From: Vicugna vicugna
Taxonomy: Eukaryota
Assembly (NCBI GenBank): GCA_013265495.1
Contig: MU061578.1
Span: 3,979,308 to 4,043,307, forward strand
DNA length: 64,000 nucleotides
Direction of reading: 5' to 3'
Below the pieces are notes generated by a model. That model worked only from the letters and a program-made list of their open reading frames with translations, did no database searches and was not told the origin of the DNA. Made by a program: the position numbers and the translations under genes. Of this stretch, positions 1 through 21,600 are shown one piece after another. Every line of letters starts with the position of its first letter. The first letter of the stretch is position 1.

Positions 1-1334
1 GAGGGCTCTGGAAATGTCCCCATGGGTGTGTGCACCTGCAAGGCATAGGAGCCAGGTACCTACCTCCAGGTGTGCTCAGCTTACACTTTCTCTCTTTCCC
101 TCTCTCTCTCACTGTCTTGCAGTACCAAACAGGTTCTCCCAACTTAAGATGAAATAAAAACCAACCAACCCTTCCTTGGCCCCACACTGCATAAACAGGG
201 AGGGAATGCGTGAATGAATGCATGCAGGTGGGGAGGTGCCTGGAGAGAGGAGGCCACCCGCCGCCACGCATCCTACTCCACTGCCCTCCTTCCTCTGTTT
301 CGTGGGGGTGGGGGCCACACTCCGTTAGTGCCAGGGTCTTTCTGCACCGTACTGAGGGCACGGCTGAGCTGCAGCACATGGTCCCTTTATTCTCCACTTG
401 TGGAAATGCTCGGGACAATCAGGTATTTCTCACCCTGTGGTCAGGTCTCTGCTGGCCAAGTTGGAGCAGAAATAGAGACCTGCCCTCTCCCAGCCCCACC
501 ACCTGGGTGCTGAGAGGGACGCACAGCAGGATGGCCGCCTACCACCAGGTTCTGAGCACCCAGCCTGGTCACTGCCTCTCTAGTGACAGCGGTGTGGTGA
601 TTTGGCGGCTGGTAGTGATGGGCATCTGATGAGTGTCTTCCTTTTTCATTTGAGACACAGAAAAGCAATCACACCCACGGGTCACAGGCAAACAGACAGT
701 CCCCGACTTTGCTCGTTCATGTTCGAATGTACGAAACCATCTTTGGACAGGGGATGAGTAAGCTCGAGGACTCTGACCAGGTTCACATGTGGACAGTTAC
801 GGGGCGGGTTGGCATCTTAATACAGCCCCAGCATCCCAGCTTGAGGCCTCTAGAAAGTGCCCTCTGGCCCTGTGGGGCCAGGCCAGTGTCTGAGGAGCCA
901 GGTGGGGGTCTGAGAGGTGCTGCAGCCCCTTGGAGTCAGAGGGTTCCCTTAGGGTTCTTGCAAGGGGAGCCCCTTGAAAAGGGAGCAGTAGCATCAGTCA
1001 TAGACGGGTCACTGCTAAGTAGGAACATCTTGTGAAGGGCTCAGCCTGGCTCGGCTGGGCTGCAGTGGGGAGACACTCAGAGTCTCAGGGGGTGTCCTCA
1101 ATGTACCTGGAGAGCCCGAGGGCAGCACTGCCCACTGGAGCCTGGAGAAGGAAGTGGAGGGTACTGGGGCTGGGACAGAGGAGAGGACACTGTGGGAAGC
1201 AGACATGGGCACCTGTCCAGTGCCTTCCCAACACCCCCCTCGCAATCCACACGTATCCCCCAGAACTGGAAGATGGGGCTTCTCACCCTCCGAGGACGAT
1301 TCCCACGCCCTGGGCCTTCCGGACTTCTCCACAG

Positions 1335-2012
1335 CATTTTATGTAACAACAGCCAAACACAAGGCTTCCAATTTCTCCAATTCTGGCCAAAGTGATTGAC
1401 TGATTGATTGATTGATTTCTCTCTCTGTCTCTGTCTCTCTTTCTCTCTCTCTCTCTCTTTCTCTCTTTATTTTTCTTTTTAACATAAACCATCCAATGGG
1501 TATAACGTGGTATCTCATAGTGCTTTTGCTTTACATTTCTCTAATGGCTACTGGTGTTGAGCATCTCTTCACATGCTTACTGGCCATTTGCATGTCTTCT
1601 TTGGAAAATGTCTTTTCAGACCCTTTGCCCAGTTTTGAATTGGGTTTGTTTTGTTGATGTTGAGTTGGAGTCCTTTATATATTCTCACCATTAACCCCCT
1701 ATCAGCTATGTAATTTGCAAGTATTTTCTCTTATTCTCTGGGTTGCCTTTTTACTCTGTTAATAACATCCTTGGATGCACAAACATTTTTAATTTTGATG
1801 AAGTCCAATTTATCTATTTTTCCTTTTAGCTGCCTGGGCTTTTGGTGTCATAGCCAAGAAATTATTGTGAAATCCAATGTCATGAAGGTTTCTCCCTATG
1901 TTTTCTTCTAAGAGTTTCATAGTTTTAGCTCTTTGACTATATGTTTAGGTCTTTGAGTGAGTTTTGTATGTGGTGTGAGGTAGGGGTCCAACTTCATTCT
2001 TTTGCATGTGGA
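1335..2012 (-). mobile_element. Old LINE-1 (L1M-type) ORF2/3' fragment, interrupted by a microsatellite
   Basis: Typical antisense L1 text (gtggtatctcatagtgcttttg...ttgagcatctcttcacatgcttactggccatttg...gaagtccaatttatctattttt). Recognised from memory of L1 consensus; ends approximate. Confidence 0.8.
1393..1470. repeat. (TGAT)n followed by (CT)n compound microsatellite
   Basis: tgattgactgattgattgattgatt then ctctctgtctctgtctctctttctctctct... read directly. Confidence 0.9.
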
Positions 2013-2507
2013 TTTTCCTCCTTTCTAACCCAGCCCCTGCACACAAACTCCCACATGCCCACAGCCTGGCCCTCAGCAGGCACCCAAGGGGGCTGGGGAT
2101 GCTGCCCTACTCTAAGCAGCTCCCAATCACATGCCAGAATCCTTCCCCAGGGCTTTATAATCACTGACCTGCACAGAGTCCTCCCCCTTTCCAAACCTCA
2201 GTTTCTCTTTTGTACCCAGGCAGCTGGACCCAATCAGATCCCCTCTCTCTCCCTGGAACTGTTGCACTTTGGACACAGCAAACTCCCCAGAACAGCAGAA
2301 ACATCACTCATGGTCTAATCCCAACCATTTGTCCCACCCCATCCCAGCTCACTCTACCTTCCCCTCTGCTGACTCTGCCCTAGCCACACAGGTCTTCCCC
2401 TACTCACCCCACATCTCATTCCTTCTACTGGGAAGGCTCTTCCTCCAGCCCTCCCCACAGATCTCATTTTGGATATCACCTGAGAGAACTCCCTGTCTAA
2501 ACCAGGT

Positions 2508-2860
2508 GCATTAGTCAACTATTGCTGTGTAACAAGTCATCACAAACCCAGTGGCTTTAAACTAGGCACCTTTTTAAAAAAATCTCAGTTTCCGTGCATC
2601 ACTAGCCCTGGCTTAGTGGGTGCCCCATTCAGGGTCCCAAAAAGCTGGAGTTGCATTCTCTAGTCCTCATCTGAGGCTCGGGAACCTCCTGCAGCCTCCC
2701 TGGTTGTTGGCAGCCATTGGCTTCTTGCTATTGAAGGCCCAGAGCTCCTGCTTTTTTGCTAGTTGTCAGTGGGGGAGCTGGATTCTCAGCTCCTGGCTGT
2801 CCCCTCTGTTCCCTACCATGTGGCCCATCTCATCTACAACATGGCAGTGTGCTTCTTCAA
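2508..2860. mobile_element. MaLR (MLT1-like) LTR relic
   Basis: tgcattagtcaactattgctgtgtaacaagtcatcacaaacccagtggctttaaac start resembles MLT1 LTR ends; degenerate. Confidence 0.55.
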
Positions 2861-3530
2861 GGAAGTGCTAGATAAGCGTTTGTGAATGACTGATGAGGGG
2901 ACCATCAAGAGGCTACCACCAAGAACCTGTGTGCAGGGTGCAGGCTGCTCACAGGAGGCTTCTGGGCTGAGGATTCCAGATCGTGCTCACTCCCTACCCT
3001 CCTCCCACCCATCCTCCAGCTAAATGCCCCTCTTCCCTCCATCAATCCTATTGTCTCCCTCCCAGCATGAGGACCTCACACTACCTTCCAACAGGATGGG
3101 AGTTCTCTCTGCTGGTTGGAACTCAGACATCAGGGCTGAGGGTCACACCTCCCCCATGTCCGGCTATCCCCTCAATACATACAAACACAGAATCAAGACC
3201 TTGTCTTGCATCTTCTGTTCCACAACCTTCCATGGCTCCCTGTAGCCCACAGGATCAGACCCAGGCCCTCTATAACCACATGCCACATCCAGTCTGCTTC
3301 AGTAAACCTCACCCCTCATTATCCCTCCAGGCCACCCTCACCCTGCCCCCTGGCTGTGCTGAGCCCATCTGGGCCCCTGGTTCTCCTCTCCTTCCTCCAG
3401 CAACAGCCACTACCTTCCCCTGGCCACTGCTATTTGCTGAGTGCCTTCCCCACGCAGCCCTGTGCAAACATTCTGACATCATCACGAGAAAGATGGGGTT
3501 GGGACCTGAGGCCCATGCTCCTACGGTTTC

Positions 3531-3698
3531 CTAAAGGGCAGTTCAGTGGCCAGGTGCTATGCAGCAGGCCCACCTGGGGCACTTGTTAAAATGCACACTT
3601 CTGGGATCTCGCAGAGCTGGCAGACCAGGGCTGGGGGCCCAGAGAACAGGCATCTCAGACAAGTTCCTGAACCTGGCCCCTGAGGTTGAGAACTGTAG
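3531..3698. mobile_element. MER5-like hAT DNA transposon relic
   Basis: cacctggggcacttgttaaaatgcacacttctggg...ggttgagaactg resembles MER5A/B core and terminus. Confidence 0.5.
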
Positions 3699-4269
3699 TT
3701 GCCCCGGTGGAAGAGATAAGAGAGGCAGTGTCCCAGACCAGGCCCACACTAGGTCACTGAGGGGTACCCAGGATGGGGCAGCCCCTTTGGAGTTAAGAGT
3801 CTAGTAGAGACTGGGAATGCGCACATTCTGCTTAAAGGGACCGGGCCCTCTGGCCTTTGTTACCTGGGAGCCTGGTCACTATAACCAGGCCCTGTCTCTG
3901 GGCCACTGATGAGCAGGAGATACCCTAGGCAGACCCGTCCCCAGCCCAGCAGAGCCAACAGACCCAGGAGACCCGCCATCTCAAGGCTTGTGGTCATATT
4001 CACAGTACACCCCCAGAGTAACAGAATGGCTGGGAGCACCAGAATTCATCCACTGAACACCCGCTAGGAGCTTTGGGCCAGATGTAGGCCATGGGACAAC
4101 AGATCTAGGGTTTCTGCCCCTGGAGGCCAACAGTCTCAGCACTGTGCCAACTAGGGAACCTCGGAGTTGGGGGCGGAGGAAATGAAATTAAATGTAGGGA
4201 GGGGAAGGAAAAAGAGAGAGACTGAGGGAGGGAAGGAAGGAATGCAAGCACCTCTGCTGTCCAGCAGGC

Positions 4270-5900
4270 ACCCCAAGAGCCCTCCGCCGGCCGCGCAGCC
4301 CGGGTGGGGGCCCGGTACACCTCTCGCCACCTTATCCCAAAGGGCCCACGGGCGGAGTGGGCTGACCTTGGAAAGCGCCCTCTCCCCGTCCTGAACCAGG
4401 GGGCTGGGGACGAGGGCCTTTCGACGGGCAGGCTCCGGGAGAAGCCGGGAAGGGCCGGCATTCGCACACAGGTTCAGGATGGACCAGAGACCCTGACGAC
4501 AGGGAATGGGCCTGGGTCCAGCCCGCCTACCCCCACCTCCACAAGCTCGTAGCCCCAGCGCCCCTCCCCCCAGGGCCAGCCCCCAGGTTAGGGAGCGTCC
4601 GCACTTCTCCTCCCGTCGGTCCGGCCAGTACTCGGCCTTTTGTACGAGATCTGCTCATTGGGCAGATTCGACGGACGCCCCGCCCAGGGCCCCAAACTGG
4701 CCATTTGCAAGGGGTTTCACAAGGTGCGGTAAGCGAGGGATAGTCACTGTGCTGCGAAGCTTCGGGGATCCCTAGGCCTCAGTGGTCTTTGCCCCCAGGC
4801 CCCGGGCCCTAGCCCCAAGGAAACCTCCGGGACCCGTGCCCGGGGAAGTGCCCGTGGGGCATCCGGGAAGCCCTTGGAGATCTCGTTCTCCCCGTTCCCC
4901 CGCCGCTCTCCGGCGTGTCCTCGGATGGACGCAAGCCCCGCGAAAGGGAGTTTGCAGACGCTCCCTCACATCTGGGACGCGGCTCCTTTAAGGGTGCAGG
5001 TGTCCAGAGCGCCGCCAGACTGGAAACTCGCCCCCGGGCTGGGCTTCCGGGCCGGGCACGGGGCGCGGACGTGCGGCAGCGGGAAGCGGGCGACGGGCCG
5101 CTAACGGCGGCGCGGGCGGTGCTGGGCATGCGGCAGCGGCAGTAGGGCGCAGGGCAGGCGCGCGGCGGGCAGCCCCCATAGGCCCCGCCCCGCCCCGCCC
5201 GCGCCGGGGTCCTCGAGCGCTCGGGCTGCGCGCGGAGCGGGCTCGGGAGGGAAGTCCCGAGACAAAGGGAGCGCCGCCGCCGCCGCCGCCGTCGCCTCGT
5301 CCGCTTCGCTCGCCGGGCCGCGGCCGCCCGAGGTGAGCGCGTGGAACGGGCAGGCCGGAGACCCGGCCTCGGCGGGCCGGGGCCTCCGCCGCCGTCGGGC
5401 CCAGCACGGCGGGCGCCCTCCACCCGCGGCCCGGCCCGCTCCCGGGAACCAGCCCTCTCCGGGCTGCTGACGCCACGGCGTGGGCCGGACGGCTGGGCTG
5501 TCCGGACCTCGGCCTGGCCCCTAGCCTCGCTGCGGCCCCGGAAGGCTGGGGGTGTCCGCTCGGGCGCGCGCTCGCGGCGGGTCGCGGCGGGTCGGGGCGC
5601 GCGGATCGCGTCTGGGGCCGCAGACGGCGCCGGCCGCTCGGGCCGCGCTGACAGGTTCGCGAGCGGGCGCCGAGCCCTCCGCCGAGGGCGGAGCGTTTCC
5701 GGGGTCACGGTCTGCGCGCGAACCTGTGGCGCGTTCCAGCCCGGGAGAGGAGCACCGCACAAAGAGTGGAAAGCCTCGCGCTGCAAAAGCGTCGGCTCGT
5801 TTGGGGGTGGGGGGGTGGCATTTGATGTCCAGAAACGAAAACAAGTCCGAGTTCTTGCGCCTCCAGAGCTCCGCTCGCAGTTGGTGGGATACTGAGCCTT
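4270..5900. promoter_or_regulatory. UBE2I: CpG island / UBE2I promoter
   Basis: Very high CpG density; GC boxes (ccccgccccgccccgccc ~5183-5200) just upstream of exon 1. Confidence 0.9.
5240..5332 (+). other. UBE2I: UBE2I non-coding exon 1 (5' end approximate), contains (GCC)6
   Basis: Ends at CCGAG|GTGAGC donor (5332/5333); resembles the human UBE2I 5' UTR as recalled; (GCC)6 at 5273-5290. Confidence 0.8.
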
Positions 5901-8900
5901 AGCACTTCCCTCGACAGGGAGTTTTCCTTCCAAGATTGCTTTGTACCAATTGCACGGAGGCTGGAACTGGTAGTTACGCGAGTAGGAGGAAGGCAAGGGA
6001 ATGATTAGCTGGGCTCATGGTAACGGCCTGCAGCTGCCCCTGAATCACAGCATCAACTGGTTTGGTTTGATTCGAAAACGAGCTTACTTCCTCAGTCTGC
6101 AAAGTTACTGTTCTGTGTTTGCGGAGTTGGCTTTTTATTGGTAAGTGTTTCTTGCTATTAAGAAAATCCTACCTTTGAGTAAAGAACCTGACCAACAGAA
6201 AAGGGAGTTGGGTCCCAAGTTTGTCCTGACTTGGCTCATGGCCCCTCTGGTGGTTTAGGGGTGAGTTCTGCATCTTGTTGGGCCTTTGTCTGGTGAGTCT
6301 CACTCCTGGTCTGGGGCCTTGTTTCAGAAACAGCATGGGGTCCTGGGAGGTCTGTCAGGAAAGGACAGGGAAGTGCCAGCTGGGCTGGAGGGTCTCCTGA
6401 GTGCCCAGCGCCTGGGTCAGGTAAAGTGGATACCTTCCCTTCCGGAGGAGTTTCCGTTTGGGTGGGAAAACCCATCTAGGGCTGCTCACCCATCATCAGT
6501 TTCACTGTGGGCCACCCGGCGGGGCGTCAGTAGTGCTACCATCCATTTTACAGGTGAGAAGGTTGAGGCTGGGAGAGATGAGCACCTCACCCACACATGC
6601 AGCCAGTAAGTGGCTCTAAAGTCTGTGCTGTCAGCCAGCAGAGCATGATCTGAGATGAGTGGGTTCTAGTACAGCCCACTCAAGCTCTGGAGGAAGGTGG
6701 TGAAAACTTCCAGGGTCTGCCTGCAGAGCCCAGCTCCTGTCCTGCAGGCTCTCTTGCAGGTCTTGAATGTTTTACTTTTGCACGTTATGACTTTGTTGCT
6801 CTCAAGTTTCCAGCAACCCTCAACCACTCCTTAAGTGCCTCTCTTTATTGGTTGGGGAAGGTAGATTGGATTTTTGGGTTTTAAGTGTGGTTCTGAAGGA
6901 GTGCTCCCTGTTGTAATTAAAATGTTACAAATTGGCTGCTTTCTTCTGGCCTGCAGGAGGCCAGTGGGAGTAGAAGCACCACTTTGGAGACCTGGTCCAT
7001 TGGCACCCCAAGGAAGGGACTGCGTGAGCTCCTATGGGACCCCTTCATTACCTTTTACACCTGAGATGACCACAGCTGGGCACTAGGACACGGCCTGCAG
7101 GGGAGGCTTTGTCCATTGTCAGCAGAAGTGGCCTGTGGCAGGATCCTGGCACTCAAGTCAGCAGGCAGGCAGCACTCAGGATTGCCCTGCTGGCCTGTTC
7201 TGCGTCCTGGCCCGGCCCAGCCGCTCTGGAGTGGTCTGAGTGTCAGTTTGCCCATTACGGTATCCATGGCTCCTCAGTGTTCAGATTGCTGCCCTGGGGC
7301 TTCAGAAACCTATTTTGATGCCTGGCCGAGTGCAGACTCGCCAGGAACCTCGTGCCTCACTTCAACGGCCGATGCTGGGCTGCTGGTCTTCGGTTTTTGA
7401 ATTCAGAGGCGTCTGGGAGCCCGTGCTATGTGCTTTGCCCTGGCCGGTAAGGGGCCTGCTGTGGAGATCCTCCTTGTCCCTGAAGCCACCTGTGGGAGGG
7501 GCATGTTTGCCAGCCCTGGGGATGGGGTGGGATCAGGTTCTATTTAGAAGAATGATTTGGAAGTGTGGGGTTTGAGAAAGTCGCAAAATGAAGGATTTTT
7601 AGACTTCTGGACTATTGCCCCAGCCTCCAACCAGAGAGAGCCTTAAAGACCAAAGCTGGCAGGTGCTCTCCTCTGCCCTGACCCCCTGCCAGTTCTCCGT
7701 CTACCTCAGGCATTCCCAGGTAGTCCCCAGGCCCTTGTGACCCGTGCCCCCCCCTCCACTCTTCCCTCTGTTCCTACGCTGAGCCCACCTGATAGCAGTC
7801 CCCTGCAGAATGCCGCAGGTTGTGTCCGGGTGGCCCGCCTGACCGCTGTTAGGACTGAGATGCCTCCCGTTCCATCATCCTACTTTGCGTCTCTTGGCAC
7901 CTAGTAGTTCCCAGCACTCGACTTCCTCCCGTGGGAGCCCTCCAGGCAGTGACACTTGTGTGATTCCTTGTTTAAGTTGCCTGATACCAGACGGACCAGG
8001 GAAGGAGATCCTGGATGTGGCACTGATTTCCTGACAGGTGCACGGATAGGGAAGAAATGGGCAACCAGAACTCTGGGACTGTACGGTGGTGAAGAGAAAC
8101 TCTGGGTGCAGGCCTGGTGTTACCTGTCTTGAACTTAATCTTGAGGTCGAGTAAGGTTAGAGCCTTTTGGAAGGTATGATCAGGGGTCAGAGTGCCAGAG
8201 CTGTGGCCCACATCGGCAGATGTGTCATCATGCCTCCTGAGTGGGGGCTTTGATTGAGACCCTCCCTTTTTCATATGATGGGAGAGTATGTGCTTCTTGA
8301 CAACACACCGCATCTGGTTGGTCTGGTGGTTTGTGGTAACTCACCCGCTAACTGAGACCTGGGCTCCTGGGTGATGCTGGAGGCTGCTGTGGTCTTCTGT
8401 GGTGGCAATCCCAAAATTTCCTCCTCCATTTTGCTTACTTCTTGGGGAGTCATCCAAGAGCTGGATCCTCCCAGAGTTCCTGGCTCCACGGGACCACTGG
8501 GCCTGGGGCTGTACCCTCATAACAAGCACTCAGTGAGGCACCTGCCCAGGTCCACTGATGGCGGGTCTCCTATTGAACTTTTGACCCCCCCCACCCCTCC
8601 TGCACCAAGGGGCCTGTTTGTGTTGTCTTATTGGGGCGTGGGGGGAGGCGGCTGTGTACTGCACATGCTGGGACAAGGGTGCAATTTGGATTGCTGGGGC
8701 AGTGGGGGGGGGTCAGCCTGAGCCAAGGTTGGGGCCGGGGCAGGGTGGGATGGTGGTGCTACTACAGGAAAGCAGCTCTCTCTGGAGTGGAAGGACCCCC
8801 TGGGTTTGAATTGAGGCTTCACCCTTAGCGAGTAGGTTATTTTCTGAATCCTCCTTTCTCTGCTCTGAGATGGGCTTGGTGGTCCCCAGTTTTTTGTTAA

Positions 8901-10135
8901 GACGGAGGCAGGGCCACCACAGCTGGTTTCCAGTGCTGTCTTTGACAGAAGTTTGTTCTGGGCCTGGTGGAGAGCCCTGTAGTGGTTGCAGAGAGCACCC
9001 CATGTTGTACTCGGGAACTGAACTCAAGGTGTTGGACTTCGTCCCTGCCAGAGGCCCAGAGGAGGCCTGTCCCCTGGACGGACCCACCAGTGCAAGCCTG
9101 CAGGGTCAGGGCCAGCAACCAGCAAGCTGCTTATAGGAGACCCCTCCCCCTTGGTCTTGTTAAAGCCTTGCTTCATGAAAATACTTGATTCAGGGTGTCT
9201 TTAGTGTTTCGATGGACTCTGAAGACCCACAAACACACTTAGGGTCAAATTTTCCAGCAGTTTTTGTGAGCTCTAAGGGCCATGTTTTCATGGGCAGAAG
9301 GAAGTCGAGGGCAGCAGGTTACAATTGCGTGCCCAGTGCCTGGCTTGGTCTGTGTGCTGAGTAAGCAGCTCCCTGGAGACAGACAGACAGTCCCAGGCAG
9401 TAAGTCTGAATGGTTGATGGCACCAAGCCTTGTGGGTCTATGGCCCAGAGGTGAGGGGGGAGGCATCCAGAAACGACCAGGAGTTTGAGCAGCCCTCTTC
9501 CTGGTGGGCTTGCGGGGCAGGTGGACGTGAGGTGGGCGGGGCCAGCCTGACTGTGGGGCTCACTCTTTCTGTTGACTTTCCCTAAGTAAATGGGAGGCAG
9601 GTCTTGGTCCATTCACAGCAGGTGGTGGGGCAGCGGATCTGCAGGTGGGGCTGTAGGATGAGAACGCACCTGGGGCCGAGGGGGGCGCCCAAGCCCTCGG
9701 GCCTGCTGACTGGTGGGCCTGTTGGATGCTGCAGATGCGGGTACTGCCTCTGAACTTGTGTTTGGCACCACTGCTGCACCCTGTGTGGTTAAACTGCTCT
9801 CTGCCTGGGGCACTTTTCTCTCAATTGCCTTCTAGAACAAGGACTATCCTCCTGGCCGGTCTGAGTCTAGATTCTGGGCCCCTAATTCCGACCTGGAAGC
9901 CTGACAGCACCCTGTGCCTGCAAAGGGGAATTCCCTGTCGCTGCCCCTCCCAGATCTCAGGTCCGCGCTCTGGGTGTACTCACCTTGTCCCTGTCTCTCC
10001 TGCAGAGTCAGATGGTGGAGTGGGGTCCCTATCACTCCAGCCAGGTGGTGCTGCAGGAGGGCAGGACAGGTGCACAGGTGACGGCTAGGAGTGCATGGCA
10101 TCGCCTCTCCCATGCAGCCCCTAGCAGCTATGTGA

Positions 10136-18139
<8,004 letters not shown>

Positions 18140-18684
18140 GCAGCGACCTTGTGGCAGCATAAAAAGGAAGGGATTGGTTTGGCAAGAACTTGTTTACAAC
18201 ATTTTTGCAAATCTAACGTCGCTCTCTACAATTGCTGGTCACCTGGGGAGGGTTGGGCGGGCGCCATTTTCCATTTCCGCCACTGGTACAGTCTCAACTC
18301 GCTGAATCGCCCCGTTTTTCATACAGGGTCTCTTCCTTCGGTCTTTTGTATTTTTGATTGTTATGTAAAACTTGCTTTTATTTTAATATTGATGTCAGTA
18401 TTTCAACTGCTGTAAAATTATAAACTTTTATACTTCGATGAGTCCCGAGGAGCTAGTCCCCTTGCTCGCGGGTGCAGGCATGCTTCACACCGTCTAGAGC
18501 CGCACTTAGCCCCAGCTGGCTGCACGAAACCGAAAATCAGACCTGCCCCGCCCCCCCGCCGCCGCCGCCTCTCCCAGAGCCCGGGTTGTGTTGCTTACAG
18601 GCCTCAGATCCACAGTCAGCCGGCGTTGCGTTTCCACTTCACTTCGTGTTTATATGGCGTTTGTCTGTGTTGCTGTTTAGAGTA

Positions 18685-18690
18685 AATAAA
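18685..18690 (+). terminator. UBE2I: UBE2I canonical poly(A) signal AATAAA
   Basis: agtAAATAAActg about 550 nt after the stop, followed by GT/T-rich ggtttttgttgcgtt. Confidence 0.75.
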
Positions 18691-21600
18691 CTGTTTATAT
18701 AAAGGTTTTTGTTGCGTTATCATCATTAACAGTGAGGAGGTGGCCTCTGTGTGCCCGGCCCCAGTGGCGCTCGTCCCCGTCTTCTGTAAATAGTGCTGTG
18801 TATTCTGTCCCCCCACCCCAGGGCTCTGGGTTTGTGGAGCACTAGAGAGAGTTCGAGTCTAGTGGGGTCGGAACTGGCGTCAAGACCCTTCCGGAGCTCG
18901 CACCACCTGGGCCGTCAGGAGGATGAGATGTCTGAACCCAGGCCCGGCGAACCCAGGGAGGACCGCTGTCCAAGCAGCTTACCCCCTTGATGGCCAGCAC
19001 AGGCGGCTGAGGGTGGCCGGGCCACAACGATGGAGCCCAGCCTGCGGGTTAGGTGTGCAGCCTCCACCTGGCACCAGGCTGCCGCAAGCCCCCGCATGTA
19101 GCATCCTCCCCCCAGTGCTCGCATATCAGCCACCCGCCCACTGGGCGGTCTGTGGGTAACTCGGGCCACTATCCCTCATGCTCTTTGCACTTCTTGAAGT
19201 GTCTGAACCTGGTCTGACTGTCCTCGGCAGGCACCTTGGAATCTGAGCCCGCTGCAGAGCGTCTTCGTCCAGAAGCGGGCTCAGCAGGAGGGGCTGAAGG
19301 TGGGGGCCGGTCTCAGGGGTCCCTGTGAGCACAGTGTTGACCGAGCCCCAGCTGGCCTCGCCCTCGCTGTCAGAACCCAGTGCCTGTGGCTTCAACCCAC
19401 AGACCAAGGGGGCTGAGTGATCCCCATGGGAGCTCGAGGAGGGCCCATCAACTGGGCCCCAGGTCAGGAAGGGCTGAAGCTCACCCCAGGAAACACGCGG
19501 CCTGGCGGCAGGATGGCGGTGGAAGTTGAAGAGTCTGAGGGCTCCTGAGCCCACAGCACGTGCAGCTCTGAGGCCCCAGTGCCTTGCTCTCTCACTGAGC
19601 TGCACATTCGTCGGGCTGCTGAGCCCCAATTCGATGTCCATGATGTGTTTGACGCAAGGGGCCTGGGGGGATCCAGCGGGTTGTGTATTTGTAGCCTCTT
19701 CCAGAACGTCTTATTTTGTAATGACCGAACTACTCTTAGTAATAGTTACACCTGTATATGGTTAATATATATGGAAATATATTTTCTAGTTAAAGCATTC
19801 TGAAGTAATCAATGTTTCTAGTAAATTGTCATGACTTCGGCTAACGAAATGTCCTTTTTGTGCCACAGTCCTTGGCTTAACAAAGATGTGACTCTTGTAA
19901 CATGAGAACTATGACTTGTGACCATCCTGTTTCTACTGTGAGGGAAGAGAGTGTGTTCCCAGCATGAGGCGCCTAATAATTAGTAAGGAATTGTGGGCAA
20001 TAGATGAACCACTGTATCTAAAAATCCTCTAATTAAAACATTTCCACTAACTGCCGCCTGCAGGGTATCCTTTTCCTGCCCCGTCTGCACAGGCCAACCC
20101 CTGCTCTGTGCCGTCCTGCCTTCAGGAGCCAGGCTGGCCTGTACTATGCTGCCTGCCCTCCTCAGCCTCCAGCCTCAGATGCCCAGTGACTCAAAAGTGG
20201 CAGGGGGTGATGTTCCCTAGAGCCAAAGTTGAATCCCCCTTCTGCGCCACTGCGGCCTGGACCTGGGCACACATCCTGTGCTGACCCCTTGCCTCGTCAC
20301 CAAGTCTCGCCTGCACCTCCCTGACCTTCTGGAACAGTTTGTCCCGAGGGAGCTGGGGCTGTTCTTACCACAGGGGTGGACCTCCTCATGGAGCCAGGAC
20401 GCCATTCTCACGGTGCCAAAGTGCACATGAGCCCTTGATTCAGACTCTGGACAGGCCCTGGGATGGTGTGTCTAGGACTGGCTTGGGCCAGTCTGTACAC
20501 AGGTGCAGAGCAAGGTCAGCCTTGGGGCCTCCCAAGGAACCCGACCACAGGCAGGACAGGCTGGGAGCCCTGGGCCTCATCTCCCCTGGAACCACTGTGC
20601 CCGGAGCCCAAGTAGGCTCTTGGCTGGGCTCTGATTCCCTGCGGGTCCCCCTGCCTCCCTAGACTGTCCCAACTGAGCCAGCACTGTGTCCTCATGCCTG
20701 TGCATCCACACGAGGCCACCTTGCTCCCTGACAGGTTGGCTCAAGGCCCTCCCACTACACTACGCACACATCCAGCCCCTGCTGATGGTCAGCCTCCAGT
20801 CTGAGGTTGCCATGACGACGAGTTGCCAGGTTGGAGGGCCAGAGCATTGACTTGGGCCAGCTTGAACCGGTCTAAGCCAGCTCCAGCAGGGAGGGGCCCA
20901 GGGAGTGCTGGCCCAGACCTGTCCCCAGCTAACTCTGCTGCTAAGTCTGGGAGTGTCCTGCCACAGTGGCCCCAGGAGGCTCATCTGGTGGCCTCCAGAC
21001 ACTGACCCTGCCTGTGGAGGCCGTGGGCCTGATGGAGGGGTTGGCGCACTGGGTCACACCCTCGCTGCCTTCTCCAGACCCAACAGGCTTTGGCACTTGG
21101 CCCAAAGTCTCCAGCCTTAGTCAGAAAACTGTTTTATCTGAGCTCCTAGAAGAAAATAATGAGGAAGCAGCAAAAGGAAGTCATAGGGCCTGGGCCTGGG
21201 TTCTTCCCTCCCTGGGCTCTCTTACAGGTGACTATCCCAAAGGGGTCTTTCTCACCTTTGAAGAGAGAAATCTGGAGCTCAAGCTGGGATAAGCGCCTCA
21301 GCCTCCAGTGTGCAGAGTGATGTGCCTAGAGGAGCAGGCACTCCGTCCACTGCCAGCTCTGTGGCAGGCCTCATGGGGGCTGTAAAGCCCTGGTGGGCCT
21401 GCTGCTCTGTCCCCACCGCCAGCCCCACGCAAACTTCAGGCCTGAGGCCCCAGAGCATTGGGCCAGGCACTCGGCCTGGCACCGCCGGCTCCACCTGCGC
21501 AGGTGCTGGCCACAGGACCCCCACGGGGTTTCCAGTGAGTGCACCCTAGAAGCTCAGGCATGGGGCCAGACCTAGACCAGACCCCGTCCCACCTGGAGCC

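Noticed and set aside
4809..5996. 395-aa minus-strand ORF (and 184-aa plus ORF 5341-5895) over the UBE2I promoter
   Set aside because: Low-complexity Arg/Pro/Ala/Gly translation of a CpG island where stop codons are rare; no recognisable domain.
6011..6024. X-box-like GGGCTCATGGTAAC in UBE2I intron 1
   Set aside because: Only one half-site fits the consensus, so it was not counted in the RFX cluster.
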